A stretch of 64,000 nucleotides of DNA from Pseudomonadales bacterium (GTDB lineage: Bacteria; Patescibacteriota; Microgenomatia; UBA1400; PJMF01). The notes under the pieces are model-generated. The model worked only from the letters and a program-made list of their open reading frames with translations, searched no databases and was not told the origin of the DNA. Where the stretch lies: the NCBI GenBank assembly GCA_020632235.1, contig JACKFY010000002.1, positions 163,954 to 227,953 on the forward strand, in the 5' to 3' direction. The stretch's first letter is position 1. The number at the start of each line of letters is the position of its first letter. This document shows, one piece after another, positions 26,531-36,960 of this stretch. The position numbers and the translations under genes are program-made.

Positions 26531-27806
26531 CTGCTTTTTCTGGCTCTGCCATCAGCATCTGGACAGCGATCTCTAGAAAGAGGGTATTTTGCGAGGCCTT
26601 CACCAGCAGTACATCGTCTTTTTGTAGCTGTGTTTTTAGGTACTTTCCTGCTTCACCAGCGGTCGCAAACCACATGGTAGGAATAGCGGCACTCTCCAAG
26701 ATTGGCAGCATGTGTTGTTTGGTCAGCGGCCCTACCAGATACACCTCGTCACATAATTTGGCGGCTTTTTTGGCTAAAATTTCATGCTCCGCTGGGGTGG
26801 ATGCTCCCAGCTCTCGCATATCTCCCAGGAGTGCTAGTTTTCTTCCTTTGCTAATTTGCAGGGTGTCAAGCATATCGAGCGCGGGGGCGAGTGACGAGTT
26901 ATATGAGCTATCGATAATGTGCGAGTCATTGATACCAGCAAGCAGTGTCGAGCGCGAGCGCGGTAGCTGAAACTTTTTTTGGAGATTAGTGACGCTTGTT
27001 TGTATGCTTACATCTTGGGTTATCCCTACCAAAAGTGCGGCCATAAGGCTGTAGGTAGTCTGTTTTGGTATCAAAAAGTGCGGAAAATGTAGCTGGTATG
27101 TTTTTGATTGGTATGAAACAGTTAGCTGTGTGCCCTCGAGGTTTATTGTATGCTTGGTCAGCACAATGTCGCTTTTCTTACTTGTGCCAAATGTTTTGAC
27201 GTGAGCGTTGGTTTTTTTGGCAGTGGTCATCACATTTCTGTCATTAGCGTTGAGAATGGCGACGCCAGTACTTGGCAGTTGTTCGATTAGTTTTCCTTTT
27301 TCCCCAGCAATGAGTTTCGTTATATCTTGCAAGTACTCTGCGTTGTTTGTGTTTGCAGAGGGCAAAAGACTATCAAAGTTCTCTGCATGTGTGGGTCCAG
27401 CATTGAGAAACACCCCCACATTTGGCTGCACGATGCTGAGTAGATACCCCATGTTTTTGGGCGGATGGGGGCTGTCGATGCCCATCTCGACCACGTAGGC
27501 CTCGTAGCGCTCCCAGTTGGTGAGTAGTTTCCATATGCCAAGCACTGCATACCACAGCCAGTGAAAAGGAGAAAATCCCCTGGGCGTAATCCCCAGTATA
27601 TTGAGCGGAATGCCCGACTCTGAGTTTGCTTTGTAGCTGATTTTGATGTTTTTTTCTGGTTTAAGCACTGCTTCAACAGCCGAGAGCGTACTGGTTTTGC
27701 CTGCCGAGCCCGTGATGCCGATAATGGTAGGATTATTTTTTTTCAGCTGCAGCTGTGCTAGCAATCGAAAGTAAGCAAGGAGTAGAGCGGCCAAGTACTG
27801 TTTCAT
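26484..27806 (-). CDS. murF: Mur ligase family, MurF-like (UDP-MurNAc-pentapeptide synthetase), lacking the N-terminal domain.
   Basis: GITGSAGKTST P-loop; DSSYNSS and LGDMRELG motifs as in MurF. Confidence 0.6.
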   Translation of the reverse strand: MKQYLAALLLAYFRLLAQLQLKKNNPTIIGITGSAGKTSTLSAVEAVLKPEKNIKISYKANSESGIPLNILGITPRGFSPFHWLWYAVLGIWKLLTNWERYEAYVVEMGIDSPHPPKNMGYLLSIVQPNVGVFLNAGPTHAENFDSLLPSANTNNAEYLQDITKLIAGEKGKLIEQLPSTGVAILNANDRNVMTTAKKTNAHVKTFGTSKKSDIVLTKHTINLEGTQLTVSYQSKTYQLHFPHFLIPKQTTYSLMAALLVGITQDVSIQTSVTNLQKKFQLPRSRSTLLAGINDSHIIDSSYNSSLAPALDMLDTLQISKGRKLALLGDMRELGASTPAEHEILAKKAAKLCDEVYLVGPLTKQHMLPILESAAIPTMWFATAGEAGKYLKTQLQKDDVLLVKASQNTLFLEIAVQMLMAEPEKADEVLCRRGEFWDKQR

Positions 27807-27859
27807 GAGTGAGAGTAGTATACCCGAGGTCTGAGTGCTGCGCCATCTTTGTGTAAGCT

Positions 27860-28978
27860 TTGCCTGCTAGTCTCTCTACTATGACAAGTGACGCAGTTCT
27901 AATGGCCTATCTCGTTTCTCTACCTGGCATTGGCAGGCGCACGCTTGAGGTTCTATCTCGGTCTGCTACTGACCAAGGGTTTTTTCTCTCTGACTACATC
28001 TTTGGCAAAGAGTTTTTGAGCATAGAGCGAGTCACTGAAACAAAAAAGCAAACGATTGCGTCGAGCCTTGATTCTGGCTTGATCGAGCGATTTCAAGACC
28101 ACCTGGAAACAAAAAGTATTCGCATTATTACTCCACAAGATGAGGAGTATCCAGAACTACTCCAGCCACTCGAAGACAAGCCGCTGGTGTTGTTTGCGCG
28201 CGGTGAAGTGCATCAACAGCACAACCTTCCTATTGCAGTGGTGGGGACGCGCAGAATGACAGCGTATGGCAAGAAAGCTACCACTACACTAGTTCGTGAC
28301 CTCGTTACCGCTGGGTGCAGTATTATCTCTGGCTGTATGTATGGGGTGGACACTGCTGCCCACACGGCTTGTTTGAGCGCTGACGGCTACACGGCGGCAG
28401 TGTTGGGGTATGGATTTGATCATTGCTATCCTGCTTCGCATCGGCGAGTGCTGGACAAACTACTAGAGGGTGGGGCAACGCTTTTGAGTGAGTTTGCGCC
28501 TGCAGTGGCCCCCCAACCTGGTAACTTTCCTGTGCGAAACCGTATTGTAGCCGGCATGAGTGCGGCAACAGTTGTGGTCGAGGCAGCAGAGAAGAGTGGC
28601 AGTCTCATCACCGCTCAGTTTGCACTAGAGTACGGCAGAAGTGTGGGCGCTGTTTCAGGGCCGATACACAGCCCGTATGCCGTTGGTACGCAGCATCTGG
28701 TAAATCAAGGCGCCAAGCTTATTCTCTCGGCAGCTGATATTTTGGAAGACGTTGGTGTGATTTCTGATGCCAATACGCTGCTTACCCAGTCAAAAGAGCC
28801 AGAGTTTCACTCTGCGGGTGAGCGTGAGGTGTGGCACGCCATTCCCGAACAGATGCTCTTTGATGAACTGCTTGAAACAACTGGTTTTTCAGTGAGTGAA
28901 TTGACGGTGTTTGTGAGTACGCTTGAGCTGCGTGGACTGGTACGCAGAGCTGGGGTGATGGTGGAAAAGTGCGCCTAG
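27860..28978 (+). CDS. dprA: DNA processing protein DprA (Smf).
   Basis: Rossmann-like ..AVVGTR..T.YG.....L...L.......SG...G.D..AH core; C-terminal winged helix. Confidence 0.8.
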   Translation: MPASLSTMTSDAVLMAYLVSLPGIGRRTLEVLSRSATDQGFFLSDYIFGKEFLSIERVTETKKQTIASSLDSGLIERFQDHLETKSIRIITPQDEEYPELLQPLEDKPLVLFARGEVHQQHNLPIAVVGTRRMTAYGKKATTTLVRDLVTAGCSIISGCMYGVDTAAHTACLSADGYTAAVLGYGFDHCYPASHRRVLDKLLEGGATLLSEFAPAVAPQPGNFPVRNRIVAGMSAATVVVEAAEKSGSLITAQFALEYGRSVGAVSGPIHSPYAVGTQHLVNQGAKLILSAADILEDVGVISDANTLLTQSKEPEFHSAGEREVWHAIPEQMLFDELLETTGFSVSELTVFVSTLELRGLVRRAGVMVEKCA

Positions 28979-29065
28979 GTTTTGGGCAGCATGATACAAT
29001 CGCCCTGGACAACACAGTAGTACTGTAGGTATCCTAGCCCTCATCGTACGTATCATCATAATACT

Positions 29066-31273
29066 ATGCAACTTGTTATAGTCGAGTCACCAACAAAAGC
29101 TAAAAAGCTCTCTTCTTATTTAGGAAGCGAGTATGAGGTTGTAGCCTCAGTGGGCCACATTCGTGATCTGCCAAAATCTGGTCTATCTATCGATATTGAG
29201 CATGATTTTGAGCCAACCTACGAGGTTTCTCCTGGCAAAACAAAGGTTATTTCTAGTTTAAAAAAGGCCGCAAAAGCAGCTGACACTGTTATCTTGGCTA
29301 CTGACCCTGATCGAGAAGGAGAGGCCATCGCCTGGCATGTGCAACACGTGATTGAAGAAAAAACCAAGGTGCCGTTTCAACGTGCTACGTTTCACGAAAT
29401 TACCAAACAAGCGGTGCTCAAGGCTCTTGAAAACCCTGGTGTTGTCAATATGGACTTGGTTGATGCACAGCAAGCGCGTCGGGTTGTTGATAGACTAGTA
29501 GGGTATCAGGTTTCGCCGGTGCTGTGGAAAAAGGTGCGGCGTGGTCTTTCGGCCGGGCGGGTGCAGTCGGTAGCACTTCGTTTGATTGTCGAGCGCGAGC
29601 GCGAGATCGAGGCATTCAAGCCAGATGAGTACTGGGAAGTCGATGTTGCTCTTTCAAAAGAGCACCTGAAAATCGAGGTTTTTGCAGATAACAAGCTCCC
29701 TGAAGGGGCGCCGGCATCGGTGTTTGTAGCAAGAGTGACAACAGTAGATGGTACAAAGTTTGCCCCAAGTACAGCAGACGATGTAGCTCCGCTCCGCTCG
29801 TTTTTGCCTAGTGCTATTTATAGCGTGAGTGCAGTTGAGCGAAAGCAAAGAAAGCGTTCTGCCTTTCCACCATTTACTACCTCGACCCTGCAGCAAGCGG
29901 CTGCAACACGACTAGGGTTTAGTAGCAAGCAAACCATGGCGGTAGCCCAACAGCTGTATGAAGAAGGCTACATTACCTATCATCGCACCGACTCGTTCAA
30001 CTTGTCTGCCGACTCTATCACTGCCGCGCGTGAGCATATTGCTGCCAAGTATGGCAGTGAGTATGTACCTTCCAAGCCCAACTACTACCGCAGCAAATCA
30101 AAAAATGCTCAAGAAGCACACGAGGCTATTCGCAGCACCTCTGCCTCACTCAAATCACAAGAAGTTGTAGGGGCAAAGATCACCGACAGACATCGCAAGC
30201 TCTACGACCTTATTCAGCGTCGCTACCTCGCGTCACAAATGACACCTGCACTGTACGACCAAACAAGCATCACTATTATAGCCACTGGCGATGCAGCAGG
30301 TGTTACCAGCGCCACTCTTCGTTCATCTGGGTCTATATTGAAGTTTGATGGCTGGATGCGTCTGTTTCCAAGTGGTGATGACACCTTGCTTCCTGAGCTA
30401 GCAGAGGGTGAGGCGCTCCATTTTGTACAAGACAACTATGCCCAAAAGTTTACCCAACCACCTGCCCGATACAATGATGCATCGCTGGTCAAAGAGCTGG
30501 AAAAGCGCGGCATTGGCCGGCCGAGCACGTACGCCTCGATTATCTCGGTCATTCTTGATCGCGGGTATGTGGAGCGTGTGCAGAAACGTTTTTTTGCAAC
30601 ACCAGTAGGTACGACAGTGAGTGACTTTTTACTCAAACACTTTCCCGTGTTTATGGAGTACGAGTTTACCGCCCAAATGGAAGATGATCTTGACAGTATT
30701 GCGGTTGGTGAAAAACAGTGGCGAGCGGTGGTGGGTGATTTTTATATTCCGTTTGAAAAGAAGGTGTTGGCGGCCGAAGATATTGAGCGCGTGCAGATAC
30801 CGGTTGAGAAAACGGGCGAGATCTGCCCCGAATGCACAGAGGGGGAGATCGTCATTCGCTCTGGCAAGTACGGCAAGTTTAAAAGCTGTGGTCGATTTCC
30901 TGACTGCAAGTACACCCAAAATATCGTTGAAAAACTAGATGATATGAGCTGCCCACTGTGTGGTGAGGGCGAGGTACATGTCAAAAAATCTCGCTGGGGT
31001 AAGCCGTTTTATGGCTGCAGTCGGTATCCAAAGTGTGACTGGGCTGCCTGGAGTAAACCAGACAAAGAGTTTACGATTACAAAAGAGGAGTGGGACGAAG
31101 AAAAAAAACAGCGTGAAGAGAGAAAAGCAGCGCGGAAGGGTAAGTGGAGCAAAAAAGGGAGTAAAAAAACAACTGCAAAAACTAAAGCAAAAACCACAAA
31201 ATCAAAAAAAGTAGCAACAAAGACAAAGAAGACGACAAGTAAGAAAGAAACAGCGAAGAGTAAAAAAAAGTAA
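29066..31273 (+). CDS. topA: DNA topoisomerase I with C-terminal zinc ribbons and a Lys-rich tail.
   Basis: TOPRIM (LVIVESPTKAKK...GHIRDL), catalytic Tyr region, three C4 zinc ribbons, KKxxxK tail. Confidence 0.9.
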   Translation: MQLVIVESPTKAKKLSSYLGSEYEVVASVGHIRDLPKSGLSIDIEHDFEPTYEVSPGKTKVISSLKKAAKAADTVILATDPDREGEAIAWHVQHVIEEKTKVPFQRATFHEITKQAVLKALENPGVVNMDLVDAQQARRVVDRLVGYQVSPVLWKKVRRGLSAGRVQSVALRLIVEREREIEAFKPDEYWEVDVALSKEHLKIEVFADNKLPEGAPASVFVARVTTVDGTKFAPSTADDVAPLRSFLPSAIYSVSAVERKQRKRSAFPPFTTSTLQQAAATRLGFSSKQTMAVAQQLYEEGYITYHRTDSFNLSADSITAAREHIAAKYGSEYVPSKPNYYRSKSKNAQEAHEAIRSTSASLKSQEVVGAKITDRHRKLYDLIQRRYLASQMTPALYDQTSITIIATGDAAGVTSATLRSSGSILKFDGWMRLFPSGDDTLLPELAEGEALHFVQDNYAQKFTQPPARYNDASLVKELEKRGIGRPSTYASIISVILDRGYVERVQKRFFATPVGTTVSDFLLKHFPVFMEYEFTAQMEDDLDSIAVGEKQWRAVVGDFYIPFEKKVLAAEDIERVQIPVEKTGEICPECTEGEIVIRSGKYGKFKSCGRFPDCKYTQNIVEKLDDMSCPLCGEGEVHVKKSRWGKPFYGCSRYPKCDWAAWSKPDKEFTITKEEWDEEKKQREERKAARKGKWSKKGSKKTTAKTKAKTTKSKKVATKTKKTTSKKETAKSKKK

Positions 31274-31836
31274 TGAATATCGCAGTCTTTGGCGGGGCGT
31301 TTGATCCCCCACATCTGGGACATATCCAGATCATCCAGTCGCTTCTTGAGTCTTCATTCGACGAGGTGTGGTGTGTGCCGGTCAAAAATCACGCCTTTGG
31401 CAAGCAGATGTTGCCCGCTCATCATCGGGTAGCTATGCTAGAACTTGCTCTTTCTGGTATGAATAATATCAAGATAGATGAGTACGAACTTCACCAACCA
31501 GGAGTAAATTATACCTATGACACCCTTGTAGCCTTCAAGCAGCATTACCCAGAGCATACATTTTCGTTTGTGATAGGGTCTGATAACTTGCCCACCTTTT
31601 ACACTTGGTTTGACGACACACCTGGTATTTTAGAGTTTCCTTTTTTTGTGTATCCCAGGAAAGGTTTTTCTTTTGAGCCCCTTTTTGAAGGCATGACGCC
31701 AATGAGAAATATGCAGGAAGTAGCTATCTCATCGACCCAAGTTCGTCAGGCAGTTATGGCGGGAGAGAGCATTGAACACCTTGTACCACCAGCAGTAGAA
31801 AAGTATATACAACAACAGAAACTCTACCAGCCATAG
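31273..31836 (+). CDS. nadD: Nicotinate-nucleotide adenylyltransferase.
   Basis: FGGAFDPPHLGH motif. Confidence 0.85.
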   Translation: MNIAVFGGAFDPPHLGHIQIIQSLLESSFDEVWCVPVKNHAFGKQMLPAHHRVAMLELALSGMNNIKIDEYELHQPGVNYTYDTLVAFKQHYPEHTFSFVIGSDNLPTFYTWFDDTPGILEFPFFVYPRKGFSFEPLFEGMTPMRNMQEVAISSTQVRQAVMAGESIEHLVPPAVEKYIQQQKLYQP

Positions 31837-31914
31837 AGCTAGAGCTTTTTGCTTTTTCGTTGCAAGTGAACACGGACTCTGCTTCTGGATTTCAGTATTA
31901 GATTTGAAAAAAGA

Positions 31915-32736
31915 TTACACCGCCATTTTTGCTTTTATAGCAGGCCAATGTTCGTATTTTTCTAGACGTATGTCGTCCACTGTAAAAGCGTCAATGCTGG
32001 TGATGGCGGGGTTAAGCCAAAGCGTTGGTAGTTTTTTTGGTTTTCTTGTCAGTAGTTCTTGTACTTGCTCAATATGATTTTTATATATGTGCGCGTCACC
32101 CAATACATGAATAAATTCATATGGTTTTAGTTGAGTTACCTGCGCAACCATAGAGAGAAGGAGAGAGTATGAGGCAATGTTAAATGGTACTCCCAAAAAC
32201 ATATCACAGCTGCGCTGGTACATTTGCAAGGATAACTTGTCTTCGTCTACAAAAAACTGGAACATGAGATGACAGGGGGGGAGTGCCATCTGGTCCAGTT
32301 CTCCGGGATTCCATGCAGAAACAATGAGTCGTCTATCAGTTGGGTTAGTTTTAATTCTTTCAATAATTTCTGAAAGTTGATCAAGCATGCTTCCATCTGG
32401 CTTCTGCCAAGATCGCCATTGTACGCCATAAACTCTACCTAGATCGCCATCAAACTTCGCTTTTGACTTCCAGTAGTCAGCATTTGCATTTGCGTCCCAT
32501 ATGTGACAGCCTAAATCGTTTAGTTTGGTGTTGTCACCACTGCCAGAAATAAACCAGAGGAGTTCTGCTACCACTTGCTGGAAGGCTAATTTTTTTGTGG
32601 TTACTGCAGGAAATCCATCTTGTAAGTTGTATCGTTGTTGCATGCCAAAGGTTGCAATTGTTCCTACACCAGTTCTATCATCTCTAGTTGATCCGTATTC
32701 TAAAATAAATCGCAGAGCATCTCGATATTGTTTCAT
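31915..32736 (-). CDS. thyA: Thymidylate synthase (ThyA).
   Basis: ..R.DRTG.GT...FG.. and ..LPPCH..FQF.. motifs. Confidence 0.9.
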   Translation of the reverse strand: MKQYRDALRFILEYGSTRDDRTGVGTIATFGMQQRYNLQDGFPAVTTKKLAFQQVVAELLWFISGSGDNTKLNDLGCHIWDANANADYWKSKAKFDGDLGRVYGVQWRSWQKPDGSMLDQLSEIIERIKTNPTDRRLIVSAWNPGELDQMALPPCHLMFQFFVDEDKLSLQMYQRSCDMFLGVPFNIASYSLLLSMVAQVTQLKPYEFIHVLGDAHIYKNHIEQVQELLTRKPKKLPTLWLNPAITSIDAFTVDDIRLEKYEHWPAIKAKMAV

Positions 32737-32739
32737 CGG

Positions 32740-33306
32740 TTAGTTTTGAAAATTTTTATACATACTGCTGGCCTGGACGTCTCGTGCCTGGTGGTATTTA
32801 CTACCCAATTCCTTATCTCCGTAACCTTTACTAGCGGGAGAAGATAGCGTATGAAATGCTATTTGAGCAATTTTCATACCTGGATAGAGACGAATGGGGT
32901 AGTTGCTAGCATTGACAAACTCAAGAGTGAGGTTGAGTGCATTACCAGGGTCTAAAAACCCTGCAGTAGTGTGGATGATGAGTCCTAATCGAGCAATGCT
33001 ACTTTTTCCCATAAGGTGACAGGCATGCGCATTGTCAACTCCAATAAAATCGGCTACCACTCCCAGAGCAAACTGTTGAGGATGAAGCACAAAGTAGCCA
33101 GTGTTTTCTACAGTAATTTTTCTCATGTGCGGAGACATGTCTTTTTTAGGGTCAATCACCTCAAAGCCATGACCTTCAAAAATCATGAAGTTATTCCCTA
33201 GCAATACGTCATAACTTGCGGGTTGCAAACGTGTTTGATCAAAGTTTTCAATAATAATCTGTTCCTTTTCAAGGGCTTTGAGAATGTCGCTATCTGATAG
33301 ATACAT
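32740..33306 (-). CDS. dcd: dCTP deaminase.
   Basis: Dcd/dUTPase-like beta-barrel; N-terminal MYLSD.DI...L signature. Confidence 0.8.
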   Translation of the reverse strand: MYLSDSDILKALEKEQIIIENFDQTRLQPASYDVLLGNNFMIFEGHGFEVIDPKKDMSPHMRKITVENTGYFVLHPQQFALGVVADFIGVDNAHACHLMGKSSIARLGLIIHTTAGFLDPGNALNLTLEFVNASNYPIRLYPGMKIAQIAFHTLSSPASKGYGDKELGSKYHQARDVQASSMYKNFQN

Positions 33307-33381
33307 GATGATCGTTCTACCACACCCCGTCCTGTGCTGTGTAGTATGAATTTTTTTCTCGTGGTATAATCCCCACTAGTA

Positions 33382-33717
33382 ATGAGTAACAGAAAGAGTG
33401 TAATGAAAGATGTTTTGCAGCAATTTATGGATTTTATTCGTGAGCAAGGGGTGGTTGGCTTGGCCATTGCCTTTGTCTTGGGTGGCGCAGTCACCAAGCT
33501 TGTTGGCTCATTTGTAGAAGACGTCATCAATCCGCTAATTGGTATTCTCTTGGGTGCAGCGGGGGACTTGAGCAGCTATTCGCTTACGATCGGCTCGGCA
33601 GAGATCATGTGGGGTAGCTTTGTCTCGGCGCTGATTGACTTCATTGTGGTGGCAGCAGTAGTCTACTTTGCCTTCAAAGGCTTGGGTCTTGACAAACTAG
33701 ACAAGAAAAAAGAGTAG
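33382..33717 (+). CDS. mscL: Large-conductance mechanosensitive channel.
   Basis: FIREQGVVGLAIAFVLGGAV...VNPLIG TM1 motif. Confidence 0.85.
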   Translation: MSNRKSVMKDVLQQFMDFIREQGVVGLAIAFVLGGAVTKLVGSFVEDVINPLIGILLGAAGDLSSYSLTIGSAEIMWGSFVSALIDFIVVAAVVYFAFKGLGLDKLDKKKE

Positions 33718-33743
33718 TTTTTTTTCTCGTACACAACATAAAA

Positions 33744-33794
33744 CCCCTCACTTTCGCGCTTGGAGACAACCAGGCAGAAAAGTGAGGGGTTTTT
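33744..33794. terminator. Bidirectional Rho-independent terminator: 11-bp stem CCCCTCACTTT/AAAGTGAGGGG flanked by A-run and T-run.
   Basis: Perfect stem, TTTTT downstream on +, AAAA upstream. Lies between convergent mscL and the 121-aa gene. Confidence 0.7.
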
Positions 33795-34158
33795 ATTCTT
33801 GAAGCAACTTGTTTATCTCTTGCATGCTTTTAATAACTTGCTCTAAAGCTTGTTCCACTAGTTGGATATTTTCTGGAGTATTATTTGTATGAAGTTGGCG
33901 CAATTTTTTTCTGTACTCACTTAGGCACTGCTTTGCTGCATTAAGTTGAATCATAAGGTTCAATTGTTTCTGGTAGGCCCAACTTGTTGGAGGAGTCCAC
34001 TCTAAAATACTCTCTATGAGAGAACTTGAGTGAGCTGATTTTAGTATATATAGTTGTATAGTAGTCAGACTCACCTCAACTGAAGATCGTATTTGAAAGA
34101 GTTCTTGCTGAAATGTTGCTAGCTGTTCTTCCACCGCTTCCCTAAAGTACTGCTGCAC
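33793..34158 (-). CDS. Hypothetical helical protein (121 aa).
   Basis: ORF only. Confidence 0.35.
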   Translation of the reverse strand: MQQYFREAVEEQLATFQQELFQIRSSVEVSLTTIQLYILKSAHSSSLIESILEWTPPTSWAYQKQLNLMIQLNAAKQCLSEYRKKLRQLHTNNTPENIQLVEQALEQVIKSMQEINKLLQE

Positions 34159-34287
34159 TAATTCTTCACTGGGGGGGTGACTGGCAGGCTGTCAAACCAC
34201 GCAGTAGGTGATTCCTCTCCGTGTTTCTCCCAGCCTTGCGCAGGGATGATGGGTTGTTCTAATTCTGATTGTGTCATGTGTTTTTTC

Positions 34288-34740
34288 CTAAATACCGTTC
34301 GTGTTCATAGTTCCTAGTTGTTCCTGTAGGTTGGTTATTGCATTGATAACATCATTATATCTATATCTAACTTGATTTTCGATCAATGATGCCTGTTTTT
34401 CAGCATCTATGTTTGCATTTCCTTGAAATGTTTGTCTCAGCTGTATTTTCAGATTTTTAATATAAACATTTAGAGGATTAATATAGCCCAATAACTCTTG
34501 AGCTTTATTTTGGTCTGGGAGCGTTCGAGCTGATTCTATTACTTCCTCGCAATACGTGATGATGTCCTCTAGTGTTCCCAAAATACCACTAATCAAACTT
34601 GAATTTATATTCAGTATAGAAAGACAATCTTTCCTTACCTGTTTGAATGTTATCTTTGAGCGTACCCCCCCCATCTTCATGATCTGCCATACAAACCTAT
34701 CTTTGTATCTACTTTGATATATTTTATAGGATTTTGGCAT
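34288..34740 (-). CDS. Hypothetical protein (150 aa).
   Basis: ORF only. Confidence 0.35.
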   Translation of the reverse strand: MPKSYKIYQSRYKDRFVWQIMKMGGVRSKITFKQVRKDCLSILNINSSLISGILGTLEDIITYCEEVIESARTLPDQNKAQELLGYINPLNVYIKNLKIQLRQTFQGNANIDAEKQASLIENQVRYRYNDVINAITNLQEQLGTMNTNGI

Positions 34741-34764
34741 CTAGTCAAGGTGCGCTACAATACA

Positions 34765-35289
34765 CCCATGCACGTTACCCTCATAGTCGCTACTTCCGCT
34801 GATGGCTTCATTGCCAGGAAAACAGAGGAGAGCTCATTTGACTGGACCAGTCCAGAAGATAAGCAGTTCTATATTCAAACAATAAAAGAATACAAAACGG
34901 TGGTGATGGGCTCGCGCTCGTTTCAGACATTTACGCGCTACCCCAAGGGGTTACGCTTCATTATCTACTCGCGCTCGCCAGAAAACTTTAGTAACCCAAA
35001 GCCGCACGTTATCACTGCGGACGCTACCCGTGTGAGTCCTGCAGAACTAGTCGAGACACTGAGGAGCGAAGGGGTAGAAAAAGTCTTGATTGCTGGGGGC
35101 AGCTCTATCTACACACAGTTTTTTGCCGCAGGCGTGGTGGACACGCTCTATATTACCCAAGAGCCAGTGTTTTTTGGGCAGGGCGTGCCACTTTTCACCA
35201 AGTCTATTGAAGAGAGGGTGCAGCTACTATCTTCCCGAAAACTCAACGATCGCGGCACGTTGCTACTGCAGTACCAGGTAGAAAAGTGA
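34765..35289 (+). CDS. Dihydrofolate reductase-like (RibD C-terminal domain family) protein; candidate DHFR partner of ThyA.
   Basis: MHVTLIVATSADGFIA...W motif of the DHFR/RibD_C fold. Internal ATG chosen; the ORF opens at 34714. Confidence 0.6.
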   Translation, partial: PMHVTLIVATSADGFIARKTEESSFDWTSPEDKQFYIQTIKEYKTVVMGSRSFQTFTRYPKGLRFIIYSRSPENFSNPKPHVITADATRVSPAELVETLRSEGVEKVLIAGGSSIYTQFFAAGVVDTLYITQEPVFFGQGVPLFTKSIEERVQLLSSRKLNDRGTLLLQYQVEK

Positions 35290-35341
35290 TGTATACATCA
35301 CTTTTGACATACATCATAATGTATGATATAGTATAGTCACT

Positions 35342-35587
35342 ATGATGGTACGAACGCAGGTGTACATGCCGCCAGATCTTCACCAGCAAGCTTTGCAACA
35401 CGCCAATAGTAAAGGCGTTTCTCTATCTGCCGTTGTTCGGCAGGGGGTCACCCAGGTGATTCACCCCGGAAAACAGTCGGAACAAATGCAACCAAAACAA
35501 AAAACTATTTCATCGGTACTGCCAGTTTTGAACTCTGGTCGGGATCCTGGAGTTATCACCAGAGAAATGATCTATGACGGATTTTAG
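35342..35587 (+). CDS. Putative antitoxin (RHH-like) of a VapBC pair.
   Basis: Small basic/helical protein immediately upstream of, and overlapping, the PIN gene. Confidence 0.45.
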   Translation: MMVRTQVYMPPDLHQQALQHANSKGVSLSAVVRQGVTQVIHPGKQSEQMQPKQKTISSVLPVLNSGRDPGVITREMIYDGF

Positions 35588-36017
35588 TGTTGGGTGTGTG
35601 GATACAAATATTTTCATCTATGCATTTGATAATGCCTCTCGCTTTCATATACCATCTGTAAAGACTATTAATACATTATCTACGCTAGGCATAGTGATAA
35701 TGCCGCAGATACAACTAGAGATCTTTAGTGCACTTCATTATATCGAGCCGCTTTCTCAAAAAAGACTTGATCTTATTGATTCTATTCTTTGTCTTCCAAA
35801 AGTACAAAATGTGTATCCTCTAGAAACTACACACACTCGTGCTTTGCAAGAAGCCTTGAAAATTACTCAGTTAGGTAAAAGAAAAATCTTCGACTACTAT
35901 CTTGCCCAAACATTGGTGGATAATGGAGTAGAGGTGCTCTACACCCATAACACAGCAGATTTTTCCGCTTATGCTGAAAAACTGACCATCATCAACCCAC
36001 TCGAACAATCATGGTAA
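35574..36017 (+). CDS. vapC: PIN-domain toxin (VapC-like).
   Basis: VDTNIFIYAFD N-terminal PIN motif. Confidence 0.65.
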   Translation: MTDFSVGCVDTNIFIYAFDNASRFHIPSVKTINTLSTLGIVIMPQIQLEIFSALHYIEPLSQKRLDLIDSILCLPKVQNVYPLETTHTRALQEALKITQLGKRKIFDYYLAQTLVDNGVEVLYTHNTADFSAYAEKLTIINPLEQSW

Positions 36018-36454
36018 AAGCAGCCATCCACCTTCCCATCAAGCTGTTTGACACCACGCTGCCGCTGCCAGAATACCAGACAGGCGGGGCAGCGGGTTTT
36101 GATCTCTGCTCTCGGCTAGACACAGACATTCCCCCAGGGGAAGTGGTACTTGTGCCACTCAACATTGCTATTCAGTTGCCAGAGGGGTACTGGGCGATGG
36201 TGGCAGCGCGCAGTAGCCTGCACAAACTAGGTTTGCAGCTGGTCAACGGGGTGGGGGTGGGGGACGGGGACTACCGGGGGGACGGCGATGAGTATCATGC
36301 GCCACTCTACAACTTTACTAGTCAAGAAGTGCGTATTGCTAAAGGCCAGCGCATTGTCCAGATGATTATCATGCCCCAGATAAGAGCTGAGCTAGAGCTT
36401 CACGCCTCTTTTGATGGCCCAGATAGGGGTGGGTTTGGGAGTACGGGGAGGTAG
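36011..36454 (+). CDS. dut: dUTP diphosphatase.
   Basis: AAGFDL, GxxDxDYRG and RGGFGSTG motifs. Confidence 0.85.
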   Translation: MVKAAIHLPIKLFDTTLPLPEYQTGGAAGFDLCSRLDTDIPPGEVVLVPLNIAIQLPEGYWAMVAARSSLHKLGLQLVNGVGVGDGDYRGDGDEYHAPLYNFTSQEVRIAKGQRIVQMIIMPQIRAELELHASFDGPDRGGFGSTGR

Positions 36455-36645
36455 GTGCTCGAGGTTGGATGTTTAGATAGCTGGACTTTGGGTGCTAGAT
36501 TGTTGGCTTCGACCTACCTTGTTGACTTTGAACACTTTTTTTTCGCAAGGGAAGACATCCCGACATGTCAGGGTTAGAGAAATCCCTAATGCAGATTTTT
36601 TGACTATACTCGAAGTAATAAGCCGGGGTTACTCAGCGTTTTTAG

Positions 36646-36903
36646 CTAGTCTTTTTTTATTTCTTCTTGGTATTTAGCATATTTGTCTGGCTCGTCACTA
36701 GGCCAAGAAACCGTGGTGAAAACCATACCATGTTCGGCATCTTGCAAGTGGTCTTCCTCCATACGACCTGTCCCAAATCTAAATTGTAAACCCATCTCAG
36801 CTGCTACTTCCTCCATAATAAGAACATCTGCAATAGAGTGGTGGCCGCTTACATCGATCCTGACTTTTTTGGTTGTTGGTTCTATTTCTGCTTTTTCAGA
36901 CAT
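36646..36903 (-). CDS. Small hypothetical protein, paralog A (86 aa from the internal ATG; the ORF track extends to 36960 with a TTG).
   Basis: Paralogous to 43461-43718 (shared EEVAAEMGLQ/KEVAQEMGLR core). A conserved promoter lies upstream. Confidence 0.5.
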   Translation of the reverse strand: MSEKAEIEPTTKKVRIDVSGHHSIADVLIMEEVAAEMGLQFRFGTGRMEEDHLQDAEHGMVFTTVSWPSDEPDKYAKYQEEIKKD

Positions 36904-36935
36904 AAGAAAATTTTTATATCTTTTTACTAAGCCTA

Positions 36936-36960
36936 ATTTTCCTCTCTCTCTGAAAGTCAA
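36936..36960 (-). promoter_or_regulatory. Promoter of paralog A: -35 TTGACT, 13-nt spacer = ttc(AG)5, -10 GAAAAT. The spacer is too short.
   Basis: Aligned with the paralog B promoter, which has (AG)7 and a 17-nt spacer. Confidence 0.45.
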
